Assembly: GCA_036630325.1 (NCBI GenBank)
Contig: CP142727.1
Coordinates: forward strand, 186,001-250,000
Direction of reading: 5' to 3'
Source of the DNA: Vairimorpha necatrix
Lineage: Eukaryota
DNA: 64,000 nucleotides
Shown here: piece by piece, positions 1 through 9,936 of the stretch
How positions within the stretch are numbered: the stretch's first letter is position 1
How the letters are laid out: each line of letters starts with the position of its first letter
Program-made: the position numbers and the translations under genes
Notes under the pieces: model-generated
Seen by the model: only the letters and a program-made list of their open reading frames with translations
What the model was told of the DNA's origin: nothing
Database searches by the model: none

Positions 1-448
1 TTAAGAACATAAACAAATTAAAAAGCGATAGACACGCTAAAATGTATAATTTTAGAGTTTAACTTGTAACCTTGGCAAATAATTTATGACAATTTCAAAA
101 TTTTAATTTTTTGTAATAGATACGCGCTAATTGACCTAGAACCCTCATGGAAATGGCATGATTATGTCTTAATTTTTTAACTGTACAATGTCAAGTGTAG
201 TCAATATACATCATTGCAAAAAACAACAACTTTATATAGTTTCTGTATTTAATGTTAGTGTTTATTACATAACACAACTTCAAATACGCCGAACAAATAG
301 TAGGAAATAATCTTGTTAATGATTAAAACCCTTTTTTAAAATTTTACAATACACTAAATGAAAAATAATTGTGTCGTACTTCATGACATTAGTAATAGCT
401 ACATCTATCAGCTTCATCAAAAATAAGAATTCTAAATTGACATCCTTG

Positions 449-551
449 TGTAGGAATATATGTCAATGTCAAATATATAATCGAGTTGATATATTTGACA
501 TCTGATCTTTTAAACAATTTTATAAAAATAAACCCATGTTTTGTTCCAACA
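449..551 (+). repeat. 5' LTR of Gypsy-1 (103 bp)
   Basis: Direct repeat of 4055-4163, which has one extra TGTCAA unit. Confidence 0.95.
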
Positions 552-3500
552 ATTTGGCGACAAGCGACAAAAATATTCTTCTCATCTTCAGAAATGAAGA
601 GAAAGACGACCCACAACAGTTCATAGAGGACTTGATGGAAGTGGGCAGGTTGAATGAGTACAGCGAGGGTAAGATGTTACTTACATTCAAGATGTCTCTT
701 AGGGAAGAAGCAAAAGATTGGATAATGGCCCAACCAGTAGGGCCAGACTTGGGTGAACTAATAGATAGATTCAGGGAGAGATTTGTCAGTAATATGATTC
801 TGAAGATTAGTTTGGAAAAGCTTGCAGCATTGAAGTATACAGGTGGATCTATTCTGAACTATCTCGACAGAATGGGTGCCATAGCGAGGAAAGGAAATGT
901 ACCAGAACAAGTCCTGGTAGCGTTTACATTGAATGGTCTGCCGAATAATCTAGCTAACATCGTGCTTATTAACAACAAAGAGGGCCTTACGTGGAAATAC
1001 ATCTATGATTCATTAAAGAATATTAAGGATACGAGAGAGACCGAGCGAAACCAGATAGCATTCTCATACTGTCAAGAAGTTAAGGTCGAAGCAATAAGAA
1101 ACAAAGTTAATAGTAAAAAATCAAGCTATTCAAAAATTAGATGTTTGATCTGTAGCGAGCAAGGACATGTGGTCTCTCAATGTCGTTTCAACAGTTTAAG
1201 GAAAAGCTCTAAGGTGAAAAAACAAGTTAGAGAGGTTAGTATACCACAAGGGAATGATGAGATAGATGTGGAAGAAGAGGACTTGAATAAATTTATTTTT
1301 AATTATAGGTTATTAAATAGCAGAAGTAATCGATCCACTGTTAAGTTGGCTACACTTGAGAACAATAAACGACCGTTTAAGGTATTATTAGATACAGGTG
1401 CAGAAGTTAATTTGATTAGGCCGGAACACCTTGAAGACAAAACGAGATTGACTAGAGATAATCTTCAATTACGGGCGGCCAACGGGTCACAGATAAGAAT
1501 CATAGGGAAAACGATGCTGAAAATAAAAATAGAAGGATACATATTTGAAGACGAATTTATTGTAACACGGGACATCACCATGCCGTGCATAGTAGGATGG
1601 ACATTATTGGACAAATATGAAGTTGACCTAAGATTTGGAAATGGAAAGGTCAACATGGAGTCGGGACAAATCCTTAAAGGAAATGCAATTGGATATCATA
1701 GGATTAACACGGGAGATAGTGAGCCAGTCATGGCTCAGCTATATAAATTAGGCGGAACGAAAGAAAAAGAGGCATCTAAAATAATAAAAGAATACCTTGA
1801 GCTGGGGGTGATACGGCCAAGTGAGAGTGCTTGGCGAAGTCCAGTGATTGTAGTACCAAAAAAAGATGGAGGATATAGATTGTGTATAGATTACAGGCGG
1901 CTTAATGATATTACGATTAAGGATGCATACCCCATGCCTAGAGTGGATGAGTTTATTGATGCACTAGAGGGTGCAAGTTATTTTACTAAGATGGATGCAG
2001 AATCGGGATATCACCAGATCAATATGGCTCCAAAGGATATTGAGAAGACTGCCTTTGCATGCAGAGAAGGACTTTTTGAATTTGTAAAGATGCCTTTCGG
2101 TCTAGTAAACGGGCCAGCCACATTTCAGAGAGCAATGAATAACATACTGAGAGAGTTTTTATACAAATTTGTGGTTGTTTATATGGATGATATCTTGGTC
2201 TATAGTAGAACGTTCGAGGAACATCAAGCGCATGTTAGGCTGGTTATGGAGAAGTTGGTAAATGCTGGAGTAAAGCTGAATGAGAAAAAGTGTGAATTTA
2301 ATAAGAAAGAACTGAAAATCTTGGGGCATGTGATCTCGAAGGAAGGAGTTAGGATCGACACAGAAAGGATAAAGAGTATTGAGGAATTGCCGATTCCAAA
2401 AAACAAAAAGAAATTGCAATCATTGTTGGGGCTATATAATTACTGTTCGAAATTTATAAAAGACAGTCATAAGATAGTAAGCCCATTGTATAGGATCATT
2501 AAGTTGAAAAAGGAAGAGGAAATCAAATTTTGGAAAAGGGCATCAGAAAACAGGCAGTTTATCGAAGCCATAGAAGCGTTAAAGGCAGCTGTGAATAAAG
2601 CGACATTATTGACTATCCCAAATACGAGAGATAAATTCATTTTGACGACGGACGCGTCAAATGAAGGAAGTGGAGCCATGCTATCCCAGGTAATAGAAGG
2701 AGAGGAAAAAATGGTAGCATACTTTAGTTCTTTGCACACGAAAGCGGAAAAAAATTATTCTACAACAGAACAGGAGCTGTTGGCGGTAGTCAAAGCATTT
2801 CAACACTTCAGAGAATATCTACTGTTGGGAAAGTTTACCTTAAGAACGGACCATCAGGCTTTAAAGTATCTTTTTAAGTCAAGGAATATTAAGGCAAGGT
2901 TAGCGAGATGGTCGCTCCTCCTTCAGGAATATGATTTTGAAATTGAGTATATTGCGGGGCCCTCAAACTATGTAGACCATTTAAGTAGAGACTTCAAAAT
3001 TGAGATGAAGAAAATTGAAACGGTAAGCACTGCTGAAGAAAGGAAAGTTATAAACAGGGAAAGGGGACTAGAACTGGTCAGATTTTACCACGATATGTTG
3101 GGCCATGGCTCAAAGAAAAATATGAAATATAACATGAGACGTAAATATGAATGGAAGGAAATTAACAAAGATATAGATCAGTTTGTAGAGAACTGCGAAA
3201 TCTGCCAACAGGAAAGAGAACAAAAACAATTCAAAGATATTGTACCATTGGTGGCAAACAACATTGGTGAGATTTGGGAAATTGATATAGTAGGACCATT
3301 CAAGGAGAGTGAGGACGGGTACAGGTATCTACTGACAATGGTAGATCATTTCTCAAAAACGGGGGAGATTATCCCGATCCATACAAAAGACATGAACACA
3401 ATAGTGTATTTAGTGGACAGATACATCATAAAGAAATACGGAATTCCGAAGGCAATTTTAACAGATAATGGACGAGAGTTTAAAAATCGAATCTGTGAGG

Positions 3501-4054
3501 ATTATGCAAAAGAGAAACAGTTTACTTGGAAATACGGATCACCATACAGTCCGACCACCACAGGATTAATAGAGAGATTTAACAGAACAATAGGAATTAA
3601 ACTGAGGAAGATCACGGAATTTGGCAAGTTCGATTGGGCCAAATGTGCAAAAAAAGTAAATAAAGCCTATATGCAGTCCTATCACCGTGCCATAGGCTGT
3701 GCGCCCATAGAATTGCACCAAGGATTAGTTCTTAATCATATGGATCTGCAGGAGGGAATTAATATTAGAATGGATAGAACAGACTTTAGGACTAGAGCGA
3801 AGGAGAATTTAGAACGATACAGAGGGGAGTATGCAACACATGAGAAAACGGGTGCGCCCCAATTGGAAGAAATAAAGGTAGGTGACAGGGTATGGTACAG
3901 ACTAATTTTGCCCCAAGGAGGGAAACTGGAACCAAAATGGCAAGATAAAGGAACGGTCTTGGATAAAAGCTTTAAATCGTATAGTGTTTTACTTGACGAC
4001 GGAAGAACGATTACAGCGAATCGAAATCATGTAAAACTTTTAAAGGGGAAGTAG
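536..4054 (+). CDS. Gag-Pol polyprotein (Gypsy order PR-RT-RH-IN), 1172 aa
   Basis: CCHC knuckle CLICSEQGHVVSQC, protease LLDTGA, RT YMDD, RNase H TTDAS, integrase HHCC and DDE region (TDNG...IERFNRT); ATG preceded by AAACCC. Confidence 0.96.
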   Translation: MFCSNNLATSDKNILLIFRNEEKDDPQQFIEDLMEVGRLNEYSEGKMLLTFKMSLREEAKDWIMAQPVGPDLGELIDRFRERFVSNMILKISLEKLAALKYTGGSILNYLDRMGAIARKGNVPEQVLVAFTLNGLPNNLANIVLINNKEGLTWKYIYDSLKNIKDTRETERNQIAFSYCQEVKVEAIRNKVNSKKSSYSKIRCLICSEQGHVVSQCRFNSLRKSSKVKKQVREVSIPQGNDEIDVEEEDLNKFIFNYRLLNSRSNRSTVKLATLENNKRPFKVLLDTGAEVNLIRPEHLEDKTRLTRDNLQLRAANGSQIRIIGKTMLKIKIEGYIFEDEFIVTRDITMPCIVGWTLLDKYEVDLRFGNGKVNMESGQILKGNAIGYHRINTGDSEPVMAQLYKLGGTKEKEASKIIKEYLELGVIRPSESAWRSPVIVVPKKDGGYRLCIDYRRLNDITIKDAYPMPRVDEFIDALEGASYFTKMDAESGYHQINMAPKDIEKTAFACREGLFEFVKMPFGLVNGPATFQRAMNNILREFLYKFVVVYMDDILVYSRTFEEHQAHVRLVMEKLVNAGVKLNEKKCEFNKKELKILGHVISKEGVRIDTERIKSIEELPIPKNKKKLQSLLGLYNYCSKFIKDSHKIVSPLYRIIKLKKEEEIKFWKRASENRQFIEAIEALKAAVNKATLLTIPNTRDKFILTTDASNEGSGAMLSQVIEGEEKMVAYFSSLHTKAEKNYSTTEQELLAVVKAFQHFREYLLLGKFTLRTDHQALKYLFKSRNIKARLARWSLLLQEYDFEIEYIAGPSNYVDHLSRDFKIEMKKIETVSTAEERKVINRERGLELVRFYHDMLGHGSKKNMKYNMRRKYEWKEINKDIDQFVENCEICQQEREQKQFKDIVPLVANNIGEIWEIDIVGPFKESEDGYRYLLTMVDHFSKTGEIIPIHTKDMNTIVYLVDRYIIKKYGIPKAILTDNGREFKNRICEDYAKEKQFTWKYGSPYSPTTTGLIERFNRTIGIKLRKITEFGKFDWAKCAKKVNKAYMQSYHRAIGCAPIELHQGLVLNHMDLQEGINIRMDRTDFRTRAKENLERYRGEYATHEKTGAPQLEEIKVGDRVWYRLILPQGGKLEPKWQDKGTVLDKSFKSYSVLLDDGRTITANRNHVKLLKGK

Positions 4055-4163
4055 TGTAGGAATATATGTCAATGTCAATGTCAAATATATAATCGAGTTG
4101 ATATATTTGACATCTGATCTTTTAAACAATTTTATAAAAATAAACCCATGTTTTGTTCCAACA
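4055..4163 (+). repeat. 3' LTR of Gypsy-1 (109 bp)
   Basis: Starts immediately after the pol stop codon; followed by TSD CCTTG. Confidence 0.95.
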
Positions 4164-4565
4164 CCTTGGATTAAATTATGCCTAAATTTATACTGCATTT
4201 ACAGCTGCCAATAATCATTTTAGATTTTTTTTTTACAATACTATTTTAAAAACTACATAAATTTTCTTTTTAATTAATTCTTTGTACTGAAAAAAATAGT
4301 TCTTTGTTTATAGATCATTATAATGGAAAAATGTTACCTTTTTTATTGAATATACAGCAGATTTTTTCAATTAGCTAAAAGATATAACAACATATATGAG
4401 CAAGAATTTTTTATTGTTTCTTGTCAGTAGATTTTTATTTGTATTTTACCGATCTATTTTGTTTTGATTTTATATATAAAGTTTATAGAAAAATGATAAA
4501 TAAAAACATTTTATAATTAGTTATGGTGCTTTTTTTAATATAAACTATAGTCAAATTGTTTTATT

Positions 4566-4643
4566 TTAGAAATATCCTTCAAATTCTTTTTCTTTCTCTT
4601 TCTCCTTTTCTTCTTTTTTCTTGGATCCAAAAGCATAGCTCAT
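4566..4643 (-). CDS. candidate micro-ORF, 25 aa MSYAFGSKKKEEKEKEKEKEFEGYF
   Basis: Hand-translated ATG..TAA; AATAAA directly after the stop; coding-like composition in an AT-rich spacer. Confidence 0.35.
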   Translation of the reverse strand: MSYAFGSKKKEEKEKEKEKEFEGYF

Positions 4644-5199
4644 GATAAAAAATGTTACAACTGTAAAATTCATATTAATTCCTTAAAAATTTTTACTTTA
4701 AACGTTTAGTGACCAATAAATTTTCCAGGTATTAAATGTTATACAAATAAGTTTTTTTTTGATCAATCAAATTTTTAATTTTTTGATCAATAAAAAATAT
4801 TTACCAATAAAATCAAATAAATTTTTTTATTTTTTTTTAATGTAGACAATATTTCGTTTTTTACATTATTTAAGTATTGTTTTTATTCAATGTTTCATTG
4901 ATGTTTATTTTGTCACAAAATAGATTCATTTCATCTGTCAAAAATACCAATAATGTGTCAAAAAATCAATGTCTTTCAATATTAAAAAACTCAATGTAAT
5001 ATAAAATAAAATTTTAACATTATACATAAAATTCCTGTAAACTCTTTTATGGCGCATTTAGTTTCAGTGCAATCCGTCAATTAATTGATTTTTTTTAAAA
5101 ATTATCTAATTTGTCTACTAGGTGTTTTTCATGAACAAAACAAATATAATTTGCAATTTTAGATAAAATCTATTGACATATAAGATTAAAAATAACATT

Positions 5200-5420
5200 T
5201 GATTTTTTATACTTCTAAAATATGATATTTCTGATACTTCTAAAATATGATATTTATATAAAATGCACATTAAAATGTACATTTTTTAATAAATTTTAAG
5301 ACATCTAAGATTTCAAATAAAATATGATTTTTTTATTCTTCTAAAAAATGAAATTTATATAAAATGCACATTAAAATTTACATTTTTTTCATAAATTTAA
5401 AGATATCTAAGATTTAAAAT
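5200..5420. repeat. degenerate tandem duplication, ~101-bp period
   Basis: CTTCTAAAA(T/A)ATGA(T/A)ATTTATATAAAATGCACATTAAAAT at 5237 and 5338. Confidence 0.7.
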
Positions 5421-5580
5421 TAGAAAGATTTGTTTTTTTCATTTAAAATTTAAAAATCTTAGACTTTATTTTGAGGTAAAAATTTTTATCTATAAAATGA
5501 AAATTCATTATAAATTTAAAATTTTTTATATGACACTGTAAATTTTTTTCTTAATAAAAATAAAAAAATTTCATTTTTAT

Positions 5581-6795
5581 TTATTCATATTCAATTTTAT
5601 ATTCTTCTACTTCTGTCATTTTCTTCATCTCATATTCATCTTCATCATGCCCTTTAATTTCTATATCTCCAACTTCTAAATTAATCTTTTCACTAGTAAA
5701 ATACACATCAATAGGAAATATTTTCTTTATATCTTCACATTTACATTGAAAATCAAGTGAGTCAGAATCATTTTTCTTTATATTTCCAATATTCCATTCT
5801 ATGAAATTATCATTAGTCGTCAGATTAGTGTCGACTACTATAACATCTTTAATAGGAATATTTATATTTAGATTATTAATATCTTCTTCTGCTGTAAATT
5901 CCAAGCTTACTTGATAAGTTCCTTGTTTTACTTCACTTGGCCAGAATGTGAAACTTATTGGTAAATTCGTTATATTTTGACTTTTCCATTTCATTAAAGC
6001 TATGTTTTTATTAAGAGAGAAGTCTTTGTCACTTCTAATTATATTATTTTTACAAGATTGTTTGTCCAGCTTTGGACTGAATTTACACGCTGAAATGTCG
6101 CCTTTTACTTTTATTTCTAGATTTTTATAAGATTCATTTTTTATATTTAAAATCATTTCTCCATTTATTTCTACATTTTTAAGTGTATTTTCTACATCTA
6201 TTTGACATTTTAATTTTTCTTTTAGTAAAATGAAGATGCCTTTTTTACTAGTTTCAAAAGATTTAGTTTTTTTACTACTAGTTGAAACTTGACTTGTCTC
6301 ATTTTTACTACTAGTTATTAGTTTTTCTTCTTGATGAGAATGTCTTTCTTTATATTCATTTTTACTTGTACTACTCTGGATTTGACTATATTTCTTTTTA
6401 ATTTCGCTTGCTTTATTTTTCATCATCATTTTGTAGATCTTTTCTTCTTGACTCTCCATATTTTTTATAAGGCTCAGATTACTAAATATAGGAGTTTCGT
6501 TGTATAAGACATTATCTATAGTTATTAATTGATCAATAGTGTCTAGAGTACTATTATTACTAATATATTCTAGTATTTTCCTGCCTTTATTTTCTTTATA
6601 ATTTAGACTTGTTATTAAGACGTAGTGGACATTATTTTGGATATGTTGAATGTACTTGAAGAGGCCTTTTATGACTAGAGGCCTGGGGTCCTGCATGAAG
6701 TCGAGGATAAGATTCTCGATTTTGGAGATCTTGAGTTGGTCAGTGAAGCGGGAGACTATTTGGGATTTGTTGACGATAAAAGTGCCGACAATCAT
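5581..6795 (-). CDS. RET2: coatomer subunit delta (delta-COP)
   Basis: N-terminal longin-like region, MESQEEKI motif, C-terminal mu-homology domain (LMKW, LPISFTFWPS, IFPIDVYF); CCCCC before ATG. Confidence 0.85.
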   Translation of the reverse strand: MIVGTFIVNKSQIVSRFTDQLKISKIENLILDFMQDPRPLVIKGLFKYIQHIQNNVHYVLITSLNYKENKGRKILEYISNNSTLDTIDQLITIDNVLYNETPIFSNLSLIKNMESQEEKIYKMMMKNKASEIKKKYSQIQSSTSKNEYKERHSHQEEKLITSSKNETSQVSTSSKKTKSFETSKKGIFILLKEKLKCQIDVENTLKNVEINGEMILNIKNESYKNLEIKVKGDISACKFSPKLDKQSCKNNIIRSDKDFSLNKNIALMKWKSQNITNLPISFTFWPSEVKQGTYQVSLEFTAEEDINNLNINIPIKDVIVVDTNLTTNDNFIEWNIGNIKKNDSDSLDFQCKCEDIKKIFPIDVYFTSEKINLEVGDIEIKGHDEDEYEMKKMTEVEEYKIEYE

Positions 6796-7078
6796 TTGGG
6801 GGTAGAAAATTATGAAAAAACAAGATTAGAATTTAGAAATAATGTTCGATAATTTTTGCAATCATGACACTTCTGATGCACAGAGGCCTTAAAATCTTCG
6901 ATTTGTTTAATTCTGAAAATTAATATTTTTATACATATTAAGAAGACAGTGCATCTTTATATCTTGCAAGTAAGAGATAGGGAAGATAAAAACACAGATG
7001 TTCTCAAATTTATATTTGAAGACTTCTTTTACTAAATTATATTTTGTATATAATTAGATAACAAATCCATTTCTTGTG

Positions 7079-7600
7079 TGTTAAAGATAATCATTTACCT
7101 TTTATGTTTCATATCCTGCCCCGAATTATTCAAAAAGACTTAATTATAAAACAAGGCCTAAATAACCAGGGACAAGATCTTATATCAACTTCAACACACC
7201 GCGTCGTTTTCCCTTTTTATAAGTGTGTCATATCTTTAGTAAGATTATCATGTTACACTGTATAGGATAAATTTATACTTATATCTTGAATATTGATTAT
7301 ATTTACATGTTCTTAAAGGTAGTTCCCTTATAATACTTTCAGTGTTTCTTTTTTGTTGTGTATAAGAGTATTAATACATTATATTGTCATGCCTTTCCTA
7401 TTAATTTGTAATATACTTGACCCGGAGTTAAATCCATCTTATTCTTCCCACCTATTCTTAGACATAGTTTCTTTACAAATATTTTCTTCTTCCATGATTT
7501 TGCAAATAAGTTTTAATGTTCAATTTTATGGTATCTCTTGTAATTTAGTTCTGTTTTGCAGTATCATTTGTCATGAGATTTTACCAGTATTTTCTCAGTA
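7079..7600 (-). mobile_element. decayed 3' end of a Gypsy-like element with a 118-bp LTR (7079-7196)
   Basis: Minus strand: purine tract AAAAAGGGAAAACGACGCGGTG, then TGTTGAAG...ATTATCTTTAACA; the last 13 nt match the TRIM LTR end; upstream boundary approximate. Confidence 0.55.
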
Positions 7601-7667
7601 CTTGGATGCTGTTTATATCTTCATGTGTTTTGTTACATAGTGTAAAATATACTATATTATCTAAGTT

Positions 7668-7819
7668 TACAGGGCTCGATTTTCATCAGACAAGGATATT
7701 TAAGAGTTCAATGCGTAGTTTCAAGAACGAACTCCGCGAACTGTTAGAAGAGATTGTAAGCGTATCTTGTGAAAAGTAATTAGTAAGTAAGATATTATAT
7801 TAGACCCAAATAAATTTGT
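7668..7819 (+). mobile_element. 3' terminal fragment of a REL non-LTR retrotransposon
   Basis: Ends in VSVSCEK* plus a 3' UTR similar to 44583-44882; flanked by near-TSD TTATCT(A/T)AGTT at 7657-7667 and 7820-7830. Confidence 0.7.
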
Positions 7820-7861
7820 TTATCTTAGTTGTTTCTTCTTGTTTTAATTTCTTACCCCCTC

Positions 7862-8146
7862 ATGCTGGAAGTTATTGACGATCAAGTGGAAATTAGAGAT
7901 GACCATAAAAAATCTGTAAGAGTCACCATGCCCAAACTCACTAAATACGAGAGGGCACATATTCTTGGAGTCAGGGCATCCCAGCTGAGTGGCGGGGCTC
8001 CCCCGTTTGTAGATATTGAGGATGAGACTGATAGTCTGAAGATAGCCAGGAAGGAATTGGGAGAGAGGAAGATTCCTTTTATAGTGAGGAGAATATTCCC
8101 TGATGGATCATGTGAAGATTGGCCACTCAATGAATTAGAACTGTGA
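7862..8146 (+). CDS. RPB6: DNA-directed RNA polymerases I/II/III subunit RPABC2, 94 aa
   Basis: [18 protein letters not shown]...KIPFIVRR; start re-assigned to the ATG after CCCCCTC. Confidence 0.95.
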   Translation: MLEVIDDQVEIRDDHKKSVRVTMPKLTKYERAHILGVRASQLSGGAPPFVDIEDETDSLKIARKELGERKIPFIVRRIFPDGSCEDWPLNELEL

Positions 8147-8253
8147 AAAGAAAGAAAGCACAAGTTTTCTTTTATTTATGCAGAAATAAAAAATATTAAA
8201 ATTTATATATAAAACTACGTGTAAGAATATTTATATTTTATATGTTTATTTGG

Positions 8254-8454
8254 TTATAGTTCTTTGATGTATAGTGGCCTGTACTGGGCCATATAAATAC
8301 AAGCCCATGATACATAAGTGAACCATATTGTCCCTATAATTCCTATTCTGTACTCATTTCTCCATTTCATCATTTTATTCCTTGTGGCCAGGAGGACGCC
8401 ACCAGTGGTGAGAGAAACCAAAACAAAAACCAAAAGAAGAGTCAACACGATCAT
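8254..8454 (-). CDS. VMA9: V-type ATPase V0 subunit e
   Basis: 66 aa, two hydrophobic segments, C-terminal WACIYMAQYRPL resembling the family W-x3-Y-x-AQ-x2-PL motif; CCCC upstream. Confidence 0.8.
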   Translation of the reverse strand: MIVLTLLLVFVLVSLTTGGVLLATRNKMMKWRNEYRIGIIGTIWFTYVSWACIYMAQYRPLYIKEL

Positions 8455-8480
8455 AAAAGGGGGTAAAGTAAAATATGAAC

Positions 8481-8556
8481 TAAATATAAGATTTATTGAA
8501 TATAGATTTAATATCTATAGATTTATTGAATATAAGATTTAATATCTATAGATTTA
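8481..8556. repeat. short tandem repeat, ~30-bp unit
   Basis: AGATTTATTGAATATA(A)GATTTAATATCTAT repeated ~2.5 times. Confidence 0.7.
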
Positions 8557-8670
8557 TCACTATATATATACCATTTAGATATAATCTAATAGATATTTTA
8601 AATATCAAATTCATAAAATAATAAATTTATCCAGTAGACGATTTATCTAATATATATTTTATTAAGTTAT

Positions 8671-9936
8671 TTATTTATGGTTTATTGTTAATTTGTGTAT
8701 TTCTCTATTCTGACACATTATTATTGAGTCGCCCGTATTGACAAATGTTCTACATTTCTTAATCTTAGTATTTATTATTACAAACTCCTTATTATAAATC
8801 TTCATCCCTGCCTCTGTAAAATACAAGTATAAATCTTTATACACCGTAATCTCACTAGTATCCCCTTTAATCTCTTTCTTATACTTAAAATCTTCATTAA
8901 TAAATATAATAGTATCATAAGTCATTATACTGATCAAATTACCCAAAACTCTAATATCTCTAAAAGAGAACTTATCTGTATAAATTATCTTATTAATCAA
9001 AACTAAATCTTCTGTAAATTGTAAAATGTCCCCATTAGAACTCAGGCCTAATAAATCATCTTTGTACTGGACAAGATTTATCAAATTATTATAAGATTCT
9101 TCTACTACTTCCAAATCTTCATTGAGTAACTGGACAGTGTCTCCTAGTAAATATAAATTAGTATTTATAACTACTAGTCTATTTATATTTCTAGTGTAAA
9201 TCTTGTTTATATCTTTAATATCTCCATCTATGACTTGTTTGATCTTGTTCAGTTTGTTGTTACAAATTAATAATTTGTTGTTAAAAAGAGTGACGTCACT
9301 GACTCCCCACTTGTCTAGTCTGAGGCAGTGGACTAATTTATAATCCTTAAGAATATAAATAATATTCATAGTGTCTACTAGAAATATATTAGAAGAATAA
9401 TGTTTTATGATCTTGATACTGTAATTAGTCTTAAATAGGCCAGGGGTGAAGGAAATAGAAAAACGAGAAGATTTCTTAATTTGACTTTTTTTAAACTTCT
9501 TATTATTTAGCCAGTCTGGCTCATTTTTGTATTTCTCCCTTAGGACTTCCTCATCTGACTCGGAGTCGGCCCAGGCCTCTTCTTCTGAGGAAGAAGAAAG
9601 AAAACATTTATCATCTCCAAAATAATCGCAGTCTTCTTCAGAGACTTCTTCTGATAAACTAGAAGAATCATCGTCTTCTATTAGACTTGATTGATTGTTA
9701 TTTAAGCTTGATGAATCGTCGTCTTCCATATGACTTGATGAATTATCTTCTGGATTAGATTGATCATTAATAGGACTAGAATGTTCATCTTTCTCTTCTT
9801 CTTTACTGATGGGAGATAATATCTCACTTTCTTTATTTGATGTTATTGTTTTACCTTCTTTATTATTTATTGTTATTGTCTCATCTTCTTTATTATCAAA
9901 TAAAATCGTCTTATTTTTCTCAGATCCACTTTTCAT
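8671..9936 (-). CDS. UTP18: UTP18-like U3-associated beta-propeller protein with acidic N-terminus
   Basis: AWADSESDEE...LREKY...PDW resembles the UTP18 N-terminal motifs; beta-rich C-terminus; start set at CCCC-ATG 9936. Confidence 0.55.
   Translation of the reverse strand: MKSGSEKNKTILFDNKEDETITINNKEGKTITSNKESEILSPISKEEEKDEHSSPINDQSNPEDNSSSHMEDDDSSSLNNNQSSLIEDDDSSSLSEEVSEEDCDYFGDDKCFLSSSSEEEAWADSESDEEVLREKYKNEPDWLNNKKFKKSQIKKSSRFSISFTPGLFKTNYSIKIIKHYSSNIFLVDTMNIIYILKDYKLVHCLRLDKWGVSDVTLFNNKLLICNNKLNKIKQVIDGDIKDINKIYTRNINRLVVINTNLYLLGDTVQLLNEDLEVVEESYNNLINLVQYKDDLLGLSSNGDILQFTEDLVLINKIIYTDKFSFRDIRVLGNLISIMTYDTIIFINEDFKYKKEIKGDTSEITVYKDLYLYFTEAGMKIYNKEFVIINTKIKKCRTFVNTGDSIIMCQNREIHKLTINHK

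Larger units (their letters stand above)
449..4163 (+). mobile_element. Ty3/Gypsy LTR retrotransposon (Gypsy-1), intact, 3715 bp
   Basis: TG...CA LTRs at 449-551 and 4055-4163; 5-bp TSD CCTTG at 444-448 and 4164-4168; PBS-like TGGCGACAAG at 555; purine tract AAAGGGGAAGTAG at 4042-4054; single gag-pol ORF. Confidence 0.97.

Noticed and set aside
1465..2739. Antisense ORFs within Gypsy-1 and other genes
   Set aside because: Shadows of the coding strand, no motifs
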